A stretch of 64,000 nt of DNA from an uncultured Candidatus Saccharibacteria bacterium (GCA_964591715.1 CAZQDR010000001.1:1487-65486); one strand, 5' to 3'. Shown: positions 17,701 through 27,000, numbered from the stretch's first letter. Program-made: numbers and translations. Notes: generated by a model from the letters alone, not told the origin.

Positions 17701-17944
17701 CAAACCAATCGTTGCCGCCGGCCTGCTGGAGGAGGTAAAACCAATCTTAACTAAAAAGGGCGAACAAATGGCCTTTATTAAAATTACCGACTATACCGGC
17801 ACGATCGAATCTGTCGTCTTTACGAAAATTTACCGCGAGTTTAAGGAACTGATCCAACCGGAGCGCTGCGTCGCCGTCAAAGGCCGCATCTCCCACCGCA
17901 ACGGCGAACCCTCAATCGTCATTGATGCGATCAAAGCATTGTAA
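14762..17944 (+). CDS. dnaE: DNA polymerase III alpha subunit
   Basis: FVHLHNHSNYSLLDG PHP domain; FERFLNPERPSAPDIDMDF; YGFNKAHS. Confidence 0.98.
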   Translation: MSFVHLHNHSNYSLLDGLSKIDEMVKLAKKFGMPALALTDHGTMYGAIDFYMACQKAGIKPIIGVEAYIANRTRFDKEPNIDNRRYHLTLLAKNMAGYKNLIKMVTHSNLEGFYYKPRMDKDLLKSHSEGLICLSGCLGSELSKMLWNKDYAGAEKVALEHQEIFGKGNYYLEIMHHPKIERQQEIKQEIIKLARRLDIPLVATQDAHYLHPDDNLAHDTLVAIQTNSFDETKRFSNRDEDFSFISPATAKEYFAETPDAIANTLKIAEACSLELTLGKFVFPNFPIPPGETPDSLLRQLTDAGIKERGLADDEPSRQRLDHELGVIALKGYASYFLVVADLIRYAQEHGIYYNIRGSVAGSMTTFVLNITKVNPLEYQIPFERFLNPERPSAPDIDMDFADNRRDEIIAYARHKYGDDKVAQIGTFGSMMARGAVRDVARALGHPYATGDKISTLIPMGSQGFPMTIERALELTPELKELYDKDADTKQIIDLSLKIEGNPRHISVHAAGVVIAPGPLDEYVPLQFDPKGGKMITQYDMYAVGEDGVGLTKFDFLGLRNLAILSSAINLVEQTLDQKIDIETIPLNDPKTFAMLARGETIGLFQLNGAGMTRWLKELRPTTIHDINAMVALYRPGPMQFIPEYIERKHNPKLIKYLDPSLETILKQSYGVLVYQDDLLIMAHDLAGYSWGEVDKFRKAVGKKIPELMAEQREKFIKGCMEHSKWSKEKATEIWAWLEPFAAYGFNKAHSASYGRVAYQTAYLKANFPAEYMTAVLSAESGNTETVTETISESKRMSIPVLPPDINESYGDFTVIKDSAGDKIRFGLYTIKNLGTEISDVIVAERKAKGQYTSIANFLERVKHRNLNKKSLESLIKAGALDSLNEERGKLLYNLDNLLAFHQETMKTGDNQSSLFGLMADTSSIPQLKLRECLPVATAERLAWERELLGVYVSGHPLDVYKDKFLNSEHTIKKARETEDGKPIVAAGLLEEVKPILTKKGEQMAFIKITDYTGTIESVVFTKIYREFKELIQPERCVAVKGRISHRNGEPSIVIDAIKAL

Positions 17945-18005
17945 ATAAGAAAATTTTCCTGTTCAGTTAATCTTCTATTCACTACACTTAGTTATAGTGT
18001 CGAGC

Positions 18006-18188
18006 ATGAAAACATTATCATGCAAAGATTTAGGGAAGGACGATAACTTTATGGCCCGTGGTTTTACCAGTACTGAAGTAATTGACGAGATGGTGGAGCA
18101 TCACAAGGAGGCTCACCCGGAGGATGCCGACAAAACTGAGGATCAATTACGAGCCGAATTGCGGGGTAAAGTCCAGGACGAAGAGTAG
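18006..18188 (+). CDS. DUF1059-like small protein
   Basis: MKTLSCKDLG...EHHKEAH pattern. Confidence 0.7.
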   Translation: MKTLSCKDLGKDDNFMARGFTSTEVIDEMVEHHKEAHPEDADKTEDQLRAELRGKVQDEE

Positions 18189-18224
18189 TTGGGGCATTCG
18201 GCCTCTTGTGGTATAGTTGAGGCC

Positions 18225-19475
18225 ATGAAAACCCCAGATGATCAATCCCTCGAACCCAACGATCACCGCACTTTGGGACGCGAGTTAGGCCTCTTTGTCT
18301 TCTCTGACGCGGTGGGTAAAGGTTTGCCATTGTGGACCGAAAAGGGCGCCACTATCCGCCGCGAGTTGGAGCGCTTTATTGTGGACGAGGAGATTAAGCG
18401 CGGCTATCAGCATGTGTATACTCCCGATATTGCCAAGCTCGAGCTCTACGAAAAATCAGGCCACTATCCTTACTACAAGGACTCAATGTACGCCCCAATC
18501 GCCATTGATGACGAGCAGTTTATGTTGCGGCCAATGACTTGCCCGCACCACTTCGAGCTTTACTTATCTTCCCCCCACTCCTACCGCGAACTGCCGATTC
18601 GGATTGCCGAGCTAGCCAAACTCTATCGCTACGAGCAATCGGGCGAACTACAGGGCTTGGTTCGCGTCCGCTCGTTTTGTTTAGCCGACGCCCACATTAT
18701 TTGCAAGGATGCCCCACAAGCCAAAGACGAGATCAGTCGGGCGCTCGATTTGATCGAGTATATTGCTCACAAATTTGGTTTAGTGCAGGGTACTGACTAC
18801 TGGTACCGTCTCTCCCTCGGCGATCGCGCTGATGATAAAAAGTATTATAAGGATGACGCGGCTTGGGATGAAGCCGAGCAAAAACTACGCGAAGTGCTAA
18901 AGGAGCGCGAAGCTCACTTTAGCGAAGCGACTAACGAGGCGGCTTTTTACGGTCCAAAAATTGATATTCAAATGAAGGATGTCCGAGGTAAGGAGAACAC
19001 CGCCTTTACCGTCCAATACGACTTCGTGATGCCTAAGCGCTTTAAGCTTGTTTACACTGATGCTGACGGCAAAGAGAAGGAGGCAGTCGTTGTTCATCGT
19101 TCGTCGATTGGTGCTATTGAGCGCTTCTTGGCCTTTATTATCGAGCATTACGGCGGCGCCTTCCCTACTTGGCTCTCGCCCGTGCAGGTTAAAATCTTGC
19201 CAATTGGCGAGGCTCACTTTGACTACAGTTTAAAGTTGGCTGAACAATTTAAAAACGAAGGTATTCGCGTCGCGGTAGATGACAACAACGAGAGTCTCGG
19301 CAAAAAAATCCGCCACGCCAAAACCGAAAAAATCCCCTACCTGATTGTGGTTGGTGATAAAGAAGTAAAAGAAAATCTCCTCACCATCGAGTCTCGTGAC
19401 AATGGTAAGCTCGAGAATGTTGCTCCGGAACAATTTATTCGCGACCTCCTCCAAGAATTAAAAGCAAGAAAATAG
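18225..19475 (+). CDS. thrS: threonine--tRNA ligase (lacks N-terminal TGS/editing domains)
   Basis: DHRTLGRELGLF, LRPMTCPHH, AAFYGPKIDIQ, anticodon-binding domain. Confidence 0.95.
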   Translation: MKTPDDQSLEPNDHRTLGRELGLFVFSDAVGKGLPLWTEKGATIRRELERFIVDEEIKRGYQHVYTPDIAKLELYEKSGHYPYYKDSMYAPIAIDDEQFMLRPMTCPHHFELYLSSPHSYRELPIRIAELAKLYRYEQSGELQGLVRVRSFCLADAHIICKDAPQAKDEISRALDLIEYIAHKFGLVQGTDYWYRLSLGDRADDKKYYKDDAAWDEAEQKLREVLKEREAHFSEATNEAAFYGPKIDIQMKDVRGKENTAFTVQYDFVMPKRFKLVYTDADGKEKEAVVVHRSSIGAIERFLAFIIEHYGGAFPTWLSPVQVKILPIGEAHFDYSLKLAEQFKNEGIRVAVDDNNESLGKKIRHAKTEKIPYLIVVGDKEVKENLLTIESRDNGKLENVAPEQFIRDLLQELKARK

Positions 19476-19516
19476 CCGCCAACTTTCGTCGGACGGCTAT
19501 TAGTTGTGCGATCATT

Positions 19517-19753
19517 TCACACCAAAAGGTCAAACCAGGTAGCCGAGAGTGGGTCCTTGGAGATTTTGCCTCCCAGAACGAGGAACAACCACGGCAAATG
19601 ATCAGCGCCTTGCGGGTGAGGCTGAGTCCCAGCAATTTGGAATTCCGAATCCGGTGAGAGGTTGGCAAATTCCTCAAACCCCTTGGCTCGCCCAGCCGCA
19701 TTCAGTCTCACCTTGAGACCGGCGCTATATTCCAACATTTGCGCCAATTCCAT
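19517..19753 (-). CDS. hypothetical protein
   Basis: 78-aa ORF with strong SD AGGAGGTG upstream. Confidence 0.5.
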   Translation of the reverse strand: MELAQMLEYSAGLKVRLNAAGRAKGFEEFANLSPDSEFQIAGTQPHPQGADHLPWLFLVLGGKISKDPLSATWFDLLV

Positions 19754-19793
19754 TTATCACCTCCTTTCTGCTGTTAGGCTAGCGCAGAGAAAG

Positions 19794-21863
19794 CTAGATG
19801 TCCAGGTTCGCCATTTTGGCGTGGGACTGAATGAAGATTTTGCGTGGCTCAACTTCGTCACCCATGAGCATAGTAAAGACTTTGTCGGCTTCGCTGGCCT
19901 CGTTAACGTCAACTCGTTTTAAAATCCGATTGACTGGATCCATGGTTGTCTCCCAGAGTTCTTCCGGATTCATTTCACCCAAACCTTTGTAGCGCTGGAT
20001 TGAGACCTTGGCGTTGCGCGTGGCTGCTCCTTTGGTTGAGGCTTCATCCTCCACTGCGCCTTCCCCTTCCGGCTCATCACCAGCGTCGGACACCTCCTCA
20101 AACTTTTTCAAATCAACACCCCATGATTTTAAGATGGCATTTTTGTCGTCATCCGAATAAGCGTAATGAAATTCTTTACCCTTCTTAATTTTATAAAGTG
20201 GCGGTTGAGCAATAAAGATAAAGCCCCCCTCCAACAGCTGGCGGAAGTAGCGATAAAACAGCGTCAAAAGCAGCGTGCGGATGTGAGCGCCGTCAACGTC
20301 GGCATCGGTCGCGATGATAATTTTGTGATAGCGCAAATGAGAGACATCAAAGGTATCGCCAATCGAGGTGCCGAGGGCAATAATCAATGACTTAATTTCG
20401 GCAAAAGCGAGCATCTTGTCGAGACGAGCACGCTCCACGTTTAAAATTTTACCCTTCAGTGGCAATACGGCTTGGGTGCGGCGATCGCGACCTTGTTTAC
20501 CAGAGCCACCGGCCGAATCACCCTCTACAATAAACAGCTCGGCCTCCTCGGCATTGCGAGTCTGACAGTCGGCCAACTTACCCGGCAAAGTCATACCCTC
20601 GAGCGCGCCCTTACGCAAGACGCTATCCTTAGCCGCCTTGGCCGCCAAACGAGCCCGCAACGCCAAGGAGACCTTGTTAATGATCATCTTGGCGTCATCC
20701 GGGTTCTCCTCCAAGTAGGCTTGGAGCGCGGCGCCGAACACCGTCTCCACGGCGCCGCGGACTTCCACGTTTCCGAGTTTGGCCTTGGTCTGACCCTCAA
20801 ATTGCGGGTTGCGCAACTTAACTGAAACAACAGCCGTTAAACCTTCGCGCACATCATCACCGGTAAAGTTACCATCCTTCTCTTTGATTAAATTATTCTT
20901 TCGGCCGTAATCATTTAAGCTACGGGTCAGCGCGGTCCGGAAGCCCGTTAAGTGCGTACCACCTTCAGGCGTGGAAGTATTGTTGGTATAGCTAAACTCG
21001 CGCGGGGCAATATCATCAATGTATTGGAAAGCAATTTCCACATTAATCTCACTCTCCTCCTTCTCAATATAAAAAATATTCTTGTGGATTGGCTTCTCGG
21101 TCTGATTATAAAATTGGATCAAACTAAGCAAGCCGCCCTCAAAGTAAAAAGTTTGCGATGGTCCCTCTAGGCCCAGCTCGCTCAAATAAAGCACCTCCTC
21201 ATCCGCGATCTTGCCCGTACACTGTCGCAAATCCATCACCCGCACCCGTAGCGCCTTAACCAAATAGGCCTGGCCCCGCAAGTGATTTACAATCCGATCC
21301 CAATCGTAAACCGTGGTAGAGAAAATGGTCGGATCAGCCTGGAAGGTCACCACCGTACCATGGAGCTTAGAGCTGCCAACTTTTTTAACGGCCGCCTTCT
21401 TCTTACCGCGGGCGTACTCCTGATAAAATTGGCCGCCATCGCGGAAGACATTAACCTTAAGCCAAGTGGAAAGAGCGTTAACCACCGAGGCGCCCACGCC
21501 GTGCAAACCACCGGAGATTTTGTAACCATCGCCTTCAAATTTGCCACCAGCATGCAGCACGGTCATAACCGTCTCCAGTGCCGAGACTTTGGTTTTGGAG
21601 TGAGTAGCCACTGGGATACCAGCGCCATTATCAGCAACCCGGACAACCTCGCCGGGCAAAAGAGCCACTTCAATCTCGTTGCACGAGCCGTTCATGGCTT
21701 CGTCACGCGAGTTGTCGAAGATCTCCACCATCAAGTGATGCAGACCATCTGGACCCGTCGAACCAATATACATTCCAGGACGCTTACGGACAGGCTCTAG
21801 GCCCTCCAAAACAACGATATCGTCAGCGTCATAATGGCGCTTTTTAGTCTCTTCTTTAGCCAT
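19794..21863 (-). CDS. gyrB: DNA gyrase subunit B (type IIA topoisomerase B)
   Basis: LEGLEPVRKRPGMYIG, GLHGVGASVVNALS, EGDSAGG, TDADVDG, QRYKGLGEM. Confidence 0.95.
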   Translation of the reverse strand: MAKEETKKRHYDADDIVVLEGLEPVRKRPGMYIGSTGPDGLHHLMVEIFDNSRDEAMNGSCNEIEVALLPGEVVRVADNGAGIPVATHSKTKVSALETVMTVLHAGGKFEGDGYKISGGLHGVGASVVNALSTWLKVNVFRDGGQFYQEYARGKKKAAVKKVGSSKLHGTVVTFQADPTIFSTTVYDWDRIVNHLRGQAYLVKALRVRVMDLRQCTGKIADEEVLYLSELGLEGPSQTFYFEGGLLSLIQFYNQTEKPIHKNIFYIEKEESEINVEIAFQYIDDIAPREFSYTNNTSTPEGGTHLTGFRTALTRSLNDYGRKNNLIKEKDGNFTGDDVREGLTAVVSVKLRNPQFEGQTKAKLGNVEVRGAVETVFGAALQAYLEENPDDAKMIINKVSLALRARLAAKAAKDSVLRKGALEGMTLPGKLADCQTRNAEEAELFIVEGDSAGGSGKQGRDRRTQAVLPLKGKILNVERARLDKMLAFAEIKSLIIALGTSIGDTFDVSHLRYHKIIIATDADVDGAHIRTLLLTLFYRYFRQLLEGGFIFIAQPPLYKIKKGKEFHYAYSDDDKNAILKSWGVDLKKFEEVSDAGDEPEGEGAVEDEASTKGAATRNAKVSIQRYKGLGEMNPEELWETTMDPVNRILKRVDVNEASEADKVFTMLMGDEVEPRKIFIQSHAKMANLDI

Positions 21864-21906
21864 ATTCTATGGGCTTAGTATAGCATAATTCACCCCTCAA
21901 ACCAAA

Positions 21907-23121
21907 CTACTTTCGGACCTCAAAATTGGGCTGTTTTTCGAGCATTGCCACCACTTCTTCCATCACGGAATTAGCGTCATTATCCACTAAAGTTTTAGTG
22001 GCAGACTGGAGCACGAGGCGAAAAGCCAGTGATTGGCGCTCCCCTTTTTCAAATTGATCAAAGAGCACCGGACCTTCCACCAAGAGCTCACCAGCAGCCG
22101 AGCGGATTAAATCCGCGACACTTTCCACCGTAGTCGCATTGGGAACCCAAACCGCAATATCCCGGATAATGCGCGGGTAAGCCGAGACCGGCTCGTAGTG
22201 AACATCTGTTTTAATATACGGATCCAAGTTGGGCGATGTCTCGTCAAGTTGTCCGGCCATGTCAGCAAGTTCGTATTCGGTCACATCAATTTTAAGCTTT
22301 GGCTTTTTGCGGCCCGCCCCAACCACCACATTAACTTGTTCGTTATCACCGATAAACACCGTCCCGATCTCGAAAAGTTTCACCTCATCTTTATCAAACA
22401 ACGTGTGCTGGAGATTAAATTCAATGGCGCGTTGCATTGATTCTTTTAAATTAGTCCGCAACCAAGCTTTGTCGCTCGCGAGCGGCTTTTCGATGGTCAC
22501 GTCGCCGTGATCGGTGAAGGTATAGCCGTAAACCTCCGTATAACCCTCGGCCATTAAATGCTCGCGCACTTTATTAGCCAAAATAAAATTGGGGTGATCG
22601 GGAACCTGTCCCCCATCGGCCTTCAGCACTCGCGCGGCAATATTCTCATAACCATAAAGTCGCGCCACCTCGTCGGCTAAATCTTCTTTAATATTTAAAT
22701 CCTGACGCTCGGGTGGAATCAAAGCTTCGAGCTGATCATCCGTGCCATGCCCGACTACCACCCGGACTCGCTTTAAGTAATCAATGATTTCGTGCTCACC
22801 AAGAGCCACGCCAAGCAGATGTGAAATGTCTTCTGCTTTAAAAGTAATTTGGATACGAGCCGTCTCCGCGTTCGGCAGTGGCGCTAGAGCGTCTTTAAGT
22901 GGCAGATTTAAAACGGCTGCAATCTCTCGGGCCATCCCTAGCGGAGATTTAGCATCAGCCGCTCGATCCGGTAAAACTTTAATATCCATCTCCCAGTCGT
23001 CTCCAGTTGGTACAATTTCCTCCACCTCAAAAGCGTGACCAATTAAAGCCGCCACGGTTTCGTCTACACCAGGCAACGGTTGCTCAAAAAATTTTTCCAA
23101 CTCGCGATAAGAAAATCTCAT
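21907..23121 (-). CDS. pheT: phenylalanine--tRNA ligase beta subunit, reduced (404 aa)
   Basis: B1 (DIKVLPDRA), B5 (DLADEVARLYGY), catalytic-like segment and FDX-ACB (YPRIIRDIA...SLAFRL); adjacent to pheS. Confidence 0.88.
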   Translation of the reverse strand: MRFSYRELEKFFEQPLPGVDETVAALIGHAFEVEEIVPTGDDWEMDIKVLPDRAADAKSPLGMAREIAAVLNLPLKDALAPLPNAETARIQITFKAEDISHLLGVALGEHEIIDYLKRVRVVVGHGTDDQLEALIPPERQDLNIKEDLADEVARLYGYENIAARVLKADGGQVPDHPNFILANKVREHLMAEGYTEVYGYTFTDHGDVTIEKPLASDKAWLRTNLKESMQRAIEFNLQHTLFDKDEVKLFEIGTVFIGDNEQVNVVVGAGRKKPKLKIDVTEYELADMAGQLDETSPNLDPYIKTDVHYEPVSAYPRIIRDIAVWVPNATTVESVADLIRSAAGELLVEGPVLFDQFEKGERQSLAFRLVLQSATKTLVDNDANSVMEEVVAMLEKQPNFEVRK

Positions 23122-23124
23122 AAA

Positions 23125-23814
23125 TTAAAATTGTTTTAGGAAGCGTAAATCGCCAGCATAAAAATGGCGGATGTCCTCGATACCATATTTAATCATGGCT
23201 AGACGGTCAATCGTGCTACCAAAAGCAAACCCCTGCCACTCGGCTGGATCAACTCCGGCCGCTTTAAAGACATTCGGGTGCAACATACCGGCACCGCAAA
23301 CCTCAAGCCAGCGATCGCCCCATTTGATATCCACCTCGACACCAGGTTCAACGAACGGGAAGTAGCTGGCCCGAAGGCGCAGTTCAACCTGCGGTCCGAA
23401 AAGTTTTTTGTAAAAGGTTTCCAGCGTCCCCTTCAGGTCCGCCATCGTAATTACGCCCGGCCGGTCAATCGCCAGCGCGTCAAACTGGTAAAACTGCGCC
23501 TCGTGCGTGCTGTCGGTCGCCTCATTGCGGAACACCCGGCCGGGCGACACCACTCGCAAGGGTAATTGCTTTTTAACGAGCTCGCGGAGTGAGACTGCCG
23601 TCATGTGCGTGCGCAACAACTCCCCTTTCTCGCGCGGCTTCAGCCAAAAAGTATCTTGCATTGCCCGCGCCGGATGACCAGCTGGCACATTTAAAGCATC
23701 GAAGTTATTGAACTCCGTTTCCAGTTCCGGACCCTCGGCCACGCGAAAGCCCATCTCGGCGAAAATTTTAGTTGCCTCCCAAGTGATCTGCGTTAAAGGA
23801 TGTAAGCTTGCCAT
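23125..23814 (-). CDS. pheS: phenylalanine--tRNA ligase alpha subunit (no N-terminal coiled coil)
   Basis: NFDALNVPAGHPARAMQDTF, GRVFRNE, YFPFVEP, GFAFG. Confidence 0.95.
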   Translation of the reverse strand: MASLHPLTQITWEATKIFAEMGFRVAEGPELETEFNNFDALNVPAGHPARAMQDTFWLKPREKGELLRTHMTAVSLRELVKKQLPLRVVSPGRVFRNEATDSTHEAQFYQFDALAIDRPGVITMADLKGTLETFYKKLFGPQVELRLRASYFPFVEPGVEVDIKWGDRWLEVCGAGMLHPNVFKAAGVDPAEWQGFAFGSTIDRLAMIKYGIEDIRHFYAGDLRFLKQF

Positions 23815-23889
23815 GGAGCCGGGAAGAGGACTTGAACCTCCAACCTACGGTTTACAAAACCGTTGCTCTACCAATTGAGCTATCCCGGC
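23814..23889 (-). tRNA. tRNA-Thr(TGT)
   Basis: GCCGGGATAGCTCAATTGGTAGAGCAACGGTTTTGTAAACCGTAGGTTGGAGGTTCAAGTCCTCTTCCCGGCTCCA; cloverleaf with encoded CCA. Confidence 0.97.
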
Positions 23890-23893
23890 TGTT

Positions 23894-24271
23894 CTACTTC
23901 TGTTCTTTAATTTGCGCCAAAAACAATGAGACTGCCCCCTTTTTATGAATCACGCCTTTACCACGGACCGAGTCAATCAAACGAGAGGACTTACGTTCAG
24001 CCCTAACCAAAAGATAACGAACCATAATCACCACGCGGCGAATCGCCAAAAGCAGATAAAAATAACCGAGATGGACGACTTGTTTGAAAAAGAAACCAAA
24101 GCCGTGATACCACTGGTCAATTTTGTACTGCAATAGTTCAGCGAGCTCCACCTTGCGGTAAGCCGAGAGCGGGATCCGGCCCAGGCGGACAAGCCGTAAC
24201 TGCCACAAGCCAGTGGCCACCATGGCCAGGGTAACGGCTAAAGCCAGCACGATTAAAATGGTAAGTAACAT
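23894..24271 (-). CDS. hypothetical membrane protein
   Basis: 125-aa ORF with N-terminal TM helix, in operon with tsf. Confidence 0.7.
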   Translation of the reverse strand: MLLTILIVLALAVTLAMVATGLWQLRLVRLGRIPLSAYRKVELAELLQYKIDQWYHGFGFFFKQVVHLGYFYLLLAIRRVVIMVRYLLVRAERKSSRLIDSVRGKGVIHKKGAVSLFLAQIKEQK

Positions 24272-24286
24272 AGGGTTTTGGTCGGG

Positions 24287-24745
24287 CTAGTGGCCCGGTG
24301 TTTCGAAGCGGTCGAAGCGAACGATCTCCACCTTCTCGCCAAACTTCTGGATGCCGCTTTTAACAACATCATCAATAGTCTGGGTAGGATCTTTAACAAA
24401 AGGTTGAGTTAAAAGTTCGGCAAGATCAGCCGGGGCAAAGGCCGCCACGTGCATCGCTAGGTCGCTTGCCATGGACTTAAAGTCGTCATTCTTGGCGACG
24501 AAGTCGGTTTCGCAATCTAGTTCGATAAGCGCGCCCATGGCATTGTTACCGTGGATGTAAGCACTAACGACGCCGGCGCCCAATTGGCGATCGGCTTTTT
24601 TGTCGGCGGCAGCACCCGAGAGTTCACGGAGCGAGGCGAGAGCTTTAGTGAGATCACCACCAGCGGCCTCAAGCGCTTTTTTGCATTGAGCGACCGAGAT
24701 GCCGGTCTTTTCGCGTAATTCCTTAATTTGCTCAATGCTGACCAT
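24287..24745 (-). CDS. tsf: elongation factor Ts (short form)
   Basis: IKELREKTG...CKKAL; ELDCETDFVA. Confidence 0.95.
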   Translation of the reverse strand: MVSIEQIKELREKTGISVAQCKKALEAAGGDLTKALASLRELSGAAADKKADRQLGAGVVSAYIHGNNAMGALIELDCETDFVAKNDDFKSMASDLAMHVAAFAPADLAELLTQPFVKDPTQTIDDVVKSGIQKFGEKVEIVRFDRFETPGH

Positions 24746-24751
24746 AAGGTT

Positions 24752-25494
24752 TTAAGAAGCAGCGGCTACAGCAGCCGGAGCGGGCGTTGGCGTCACCTGT
24801 TGGGTGCGGCCTTCGTCGTAAGCTTTGGTAAGTTCCTCAAGTAAAAATTTAATGGAAGCGGTGCTGGCATCGTTGGCAACAATCGGATAGGCAATGCCGC
24901 GGATGTCGTTATCAGAACCGGAAATGCTGATTACCGGAACGCCAACCTTGCTGGCCTCGGTAACGACAATCCGTTCATGACCAAGACAGCGGCAGGCAAC
25001 TTGGTCATGGCCATTAAGCTGCCCAAGTAGCGCTCGAGACCGGCAATTTCTTTATCGATCAGCAGGCGCTCCTTCTTGGTGTACTTCTCCAAGAGCTCAC
25101 CGCTGGCACGCTGCTCCTTCAGGAGAGCTAGGCGGTCCATGCGGGATTTAATTTGCGAGAAGTTGGTGAAGGTACCACCCAACCAGCGCGAAGCCACGTA
25201 GGGCATATCAATTAGTTCGGCTGCTTTGGTGATTAAACCACGAGCCTCGTCCTTGTTCCCCACCAAAACTAATTGCTTGCCCTCACGAGCGAGACCACGG
25301 ATAAACTCCTTGGCCGTGTCCAAACCGGCGACCGTCTTCTCTAAGTCGATCACGGCCGAACGATTTTTAAAACCGAAGATATATTTTTTAACTGACGGGT
25401 GACTGCGCGACTTGGAATAGCCGAAATGCGCCCCTACGGCAAACAGGGCCTTGATCAAGCTGTCTTTATCGGTCGTTTTCGTTTCTATAACCAT
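24752..25494 (-). pseudogene. rpsB: 30S ribosomal protein S2, frameshifted near 24979 (possible assembly error)
   Basis: GAHFG...RWLGGTFTNF...LPAAVLV in one frame; HERIVVTEASKVGVPVISISGSDND...YPIVANDAS continues in the -1 frame to TAA at 24752-24754. Confidence 0.85.
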
Positions 25495-25543
25495 GGGGAA
25501 AAGTCTATCAAAGGTGGGGTCTTTTGGCAACCCGGTGGCCTAC

Positions 25544-26959
25544 TTATTGAGGATTTACGCCACCAACCAGGTATTCAAAGATAATCGCAGTATTGCTGCC
25601 GGTCGCGTTCTTAAGGGGAACATTCTCTACAACTGGTCCCGGAGTCTCGGCCACAATATTAACTGTGTATGGACTGTTGGTGTTAAAGCTCTTGTCGTAG
25701 CTTGGAATACGGATCGCGAAGTAAAGTTTATTGGCTGAGTTTTGGCTTAGGGGTGCGAGGGATGGAAAAGACAAACCGGTGCAAGATTGCCAGTCCCCTT
25801 CCTGGGCGGTAGCATTCGGACTCAAACGACACTGCACTGACGCCACTTCATTAAGCGCTGTGCCCGTTCGGCCGAGAATTGATCCCACCACTCTCACATT
25901 ATTAAGGGTGGTATCGCCAGCATTAACAATCACCACCGGTCGAGTAGCCGCCTTGGCACCGATTGACTGCTGAATAATTGAAATGCGGTGGCTGCTACCC
26001 TGGTCGATCTCCAAATCACCCCCCGTGCCAGCCGGAATAGGAACGCAAGCCGAACCATTCCACATATTACCGGCCGTACATGCCCCCACCGAAACAGTAT
26101 TCAAACAAGCCTGATTCAAAACCAGTGGCGTCGGTGAACTGTCAGTAATCTGCAAACTAGCAGATTTGGTACCAGCCGTAGTGTAGGTTTTGGTAGCGGG
26201 TGTTACGTTTAGGCCTGGTCCGCCAGTACCACTCAATGACTCTGTGCCTGACCATGAATAGGTGTAGGGAGCAACGCCACCACTCGGGGTGTTGGCGGTC
26301 CAGGTAACAGCGGTAACATTAGCCGTGGCGGAAGTGACGGAAGGAGCACAAGCCACCGCTAAACCCGTCGTGGTAGTCCCTCCGGCGCAAACTTTAGGAT
26401 TGGCGACTGGGTCACAGGGCACATCTGGCGGAGTAGCACCGATAGGTAGGTTGGGATTAAAATTGACCCAGCCCACCACTTCCCCACCCCAGGCAAAATC
26501 ATAAAATGTTTTACTGCCATCTGCGGTGCTCGCCTTAAGTTTAACCCCATAGTTGGCACCAGTGTCGCCAGATTCCTTGGCGAGCTTAATCCAACCATCC
26601 CAGCCGCCAGACTCAGCCGAACCACCACTTAAAGCCTTGGCCCAGCCACTCGCATTAGTACCCGAAACTTGCGCGAGAGTTTTGCCAGGTTCGCCAAAGC
26701 GAATCCAGCCAATGTTGGAGCTCCAAGCATAACCTTCCAGTTTACCATCCCCCTTCAGGGTGACTTTAAAATTTTGAGGGCTGCCACCTGGACTATTACT
26801 ACTGTTAAAACTAATCCAGCCAATGTTGGAGCTCCAGGCCCAGCCTCTCAAATCGACATCAGCATCTGCTTGAGACTGATTGACCTTCAGATTAAACGCC
26901 GCGGCGACAACTACAATGAGAACTAACGCTAGCAAAAAGCTCAATATTTTTTTAGCCAT
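25544..26959 (-). CDS. secreted/surface protein with Trp-rich (WSSNIGW) repeats and a PKD-like region
   Basis: N-terminal signal/TM; GWAWSSNIGWISF, GYAWSSNIGWIRF, WDGWIKL, AWGGEVVGWVNF; Thr-rich beta region. Confidence 0.75.
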   Translation of the reverse strand: MAKKILSFLLALVLIVVVAAAFNLKVNQSQADADVDLRGWAWSSNIGWISFNSSNSPGGSPQNFKVTLKGDGKLEGYAWSSNIGWIRFGEPGKTLAQVSGTNASGWAKALSGGSAESGGWDGWIKLAKESGDTGANYGVKLKASTADGSKTFYDFAWGGEVVGWVNFNPNLPIGATPPDVPCDPVANPKVCAGGTTTTGLAVACAPSVTSATANVTAVTWTANTPSGGVAPYTYSWSGTESLSGTGGPGLNVTPATKTYTTAGTKSASLQITDSSPTPLVLNQACLNTVSVGACTAGNMWNGSACVPIPAGTGGDLEIDQGSSHRISIIQQSIGAKAATRPVVIVNAGDTTLNNVRVVGSILGRTGTALNEVASVQCRLSPNATAQEGDWQSCTGLSFPSLAPLSQNSANKLYFAIRIPSYDKSFNTNSPYTVNIVAETPGPVVENVPLKNATGSNTAIIFEYLVGGVNPQ

Positions 26960-27000
26960 AAAAATGAGAAATTGATATGGCTTTATTGTAGCACGGGGGT

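Noticed and set aside
24960-25000. Programmed ribosomal frameshift in rpsB
   Set aside because: No slippery sequence is present and conserved residues are missing, which points to a deletion or assembly error.
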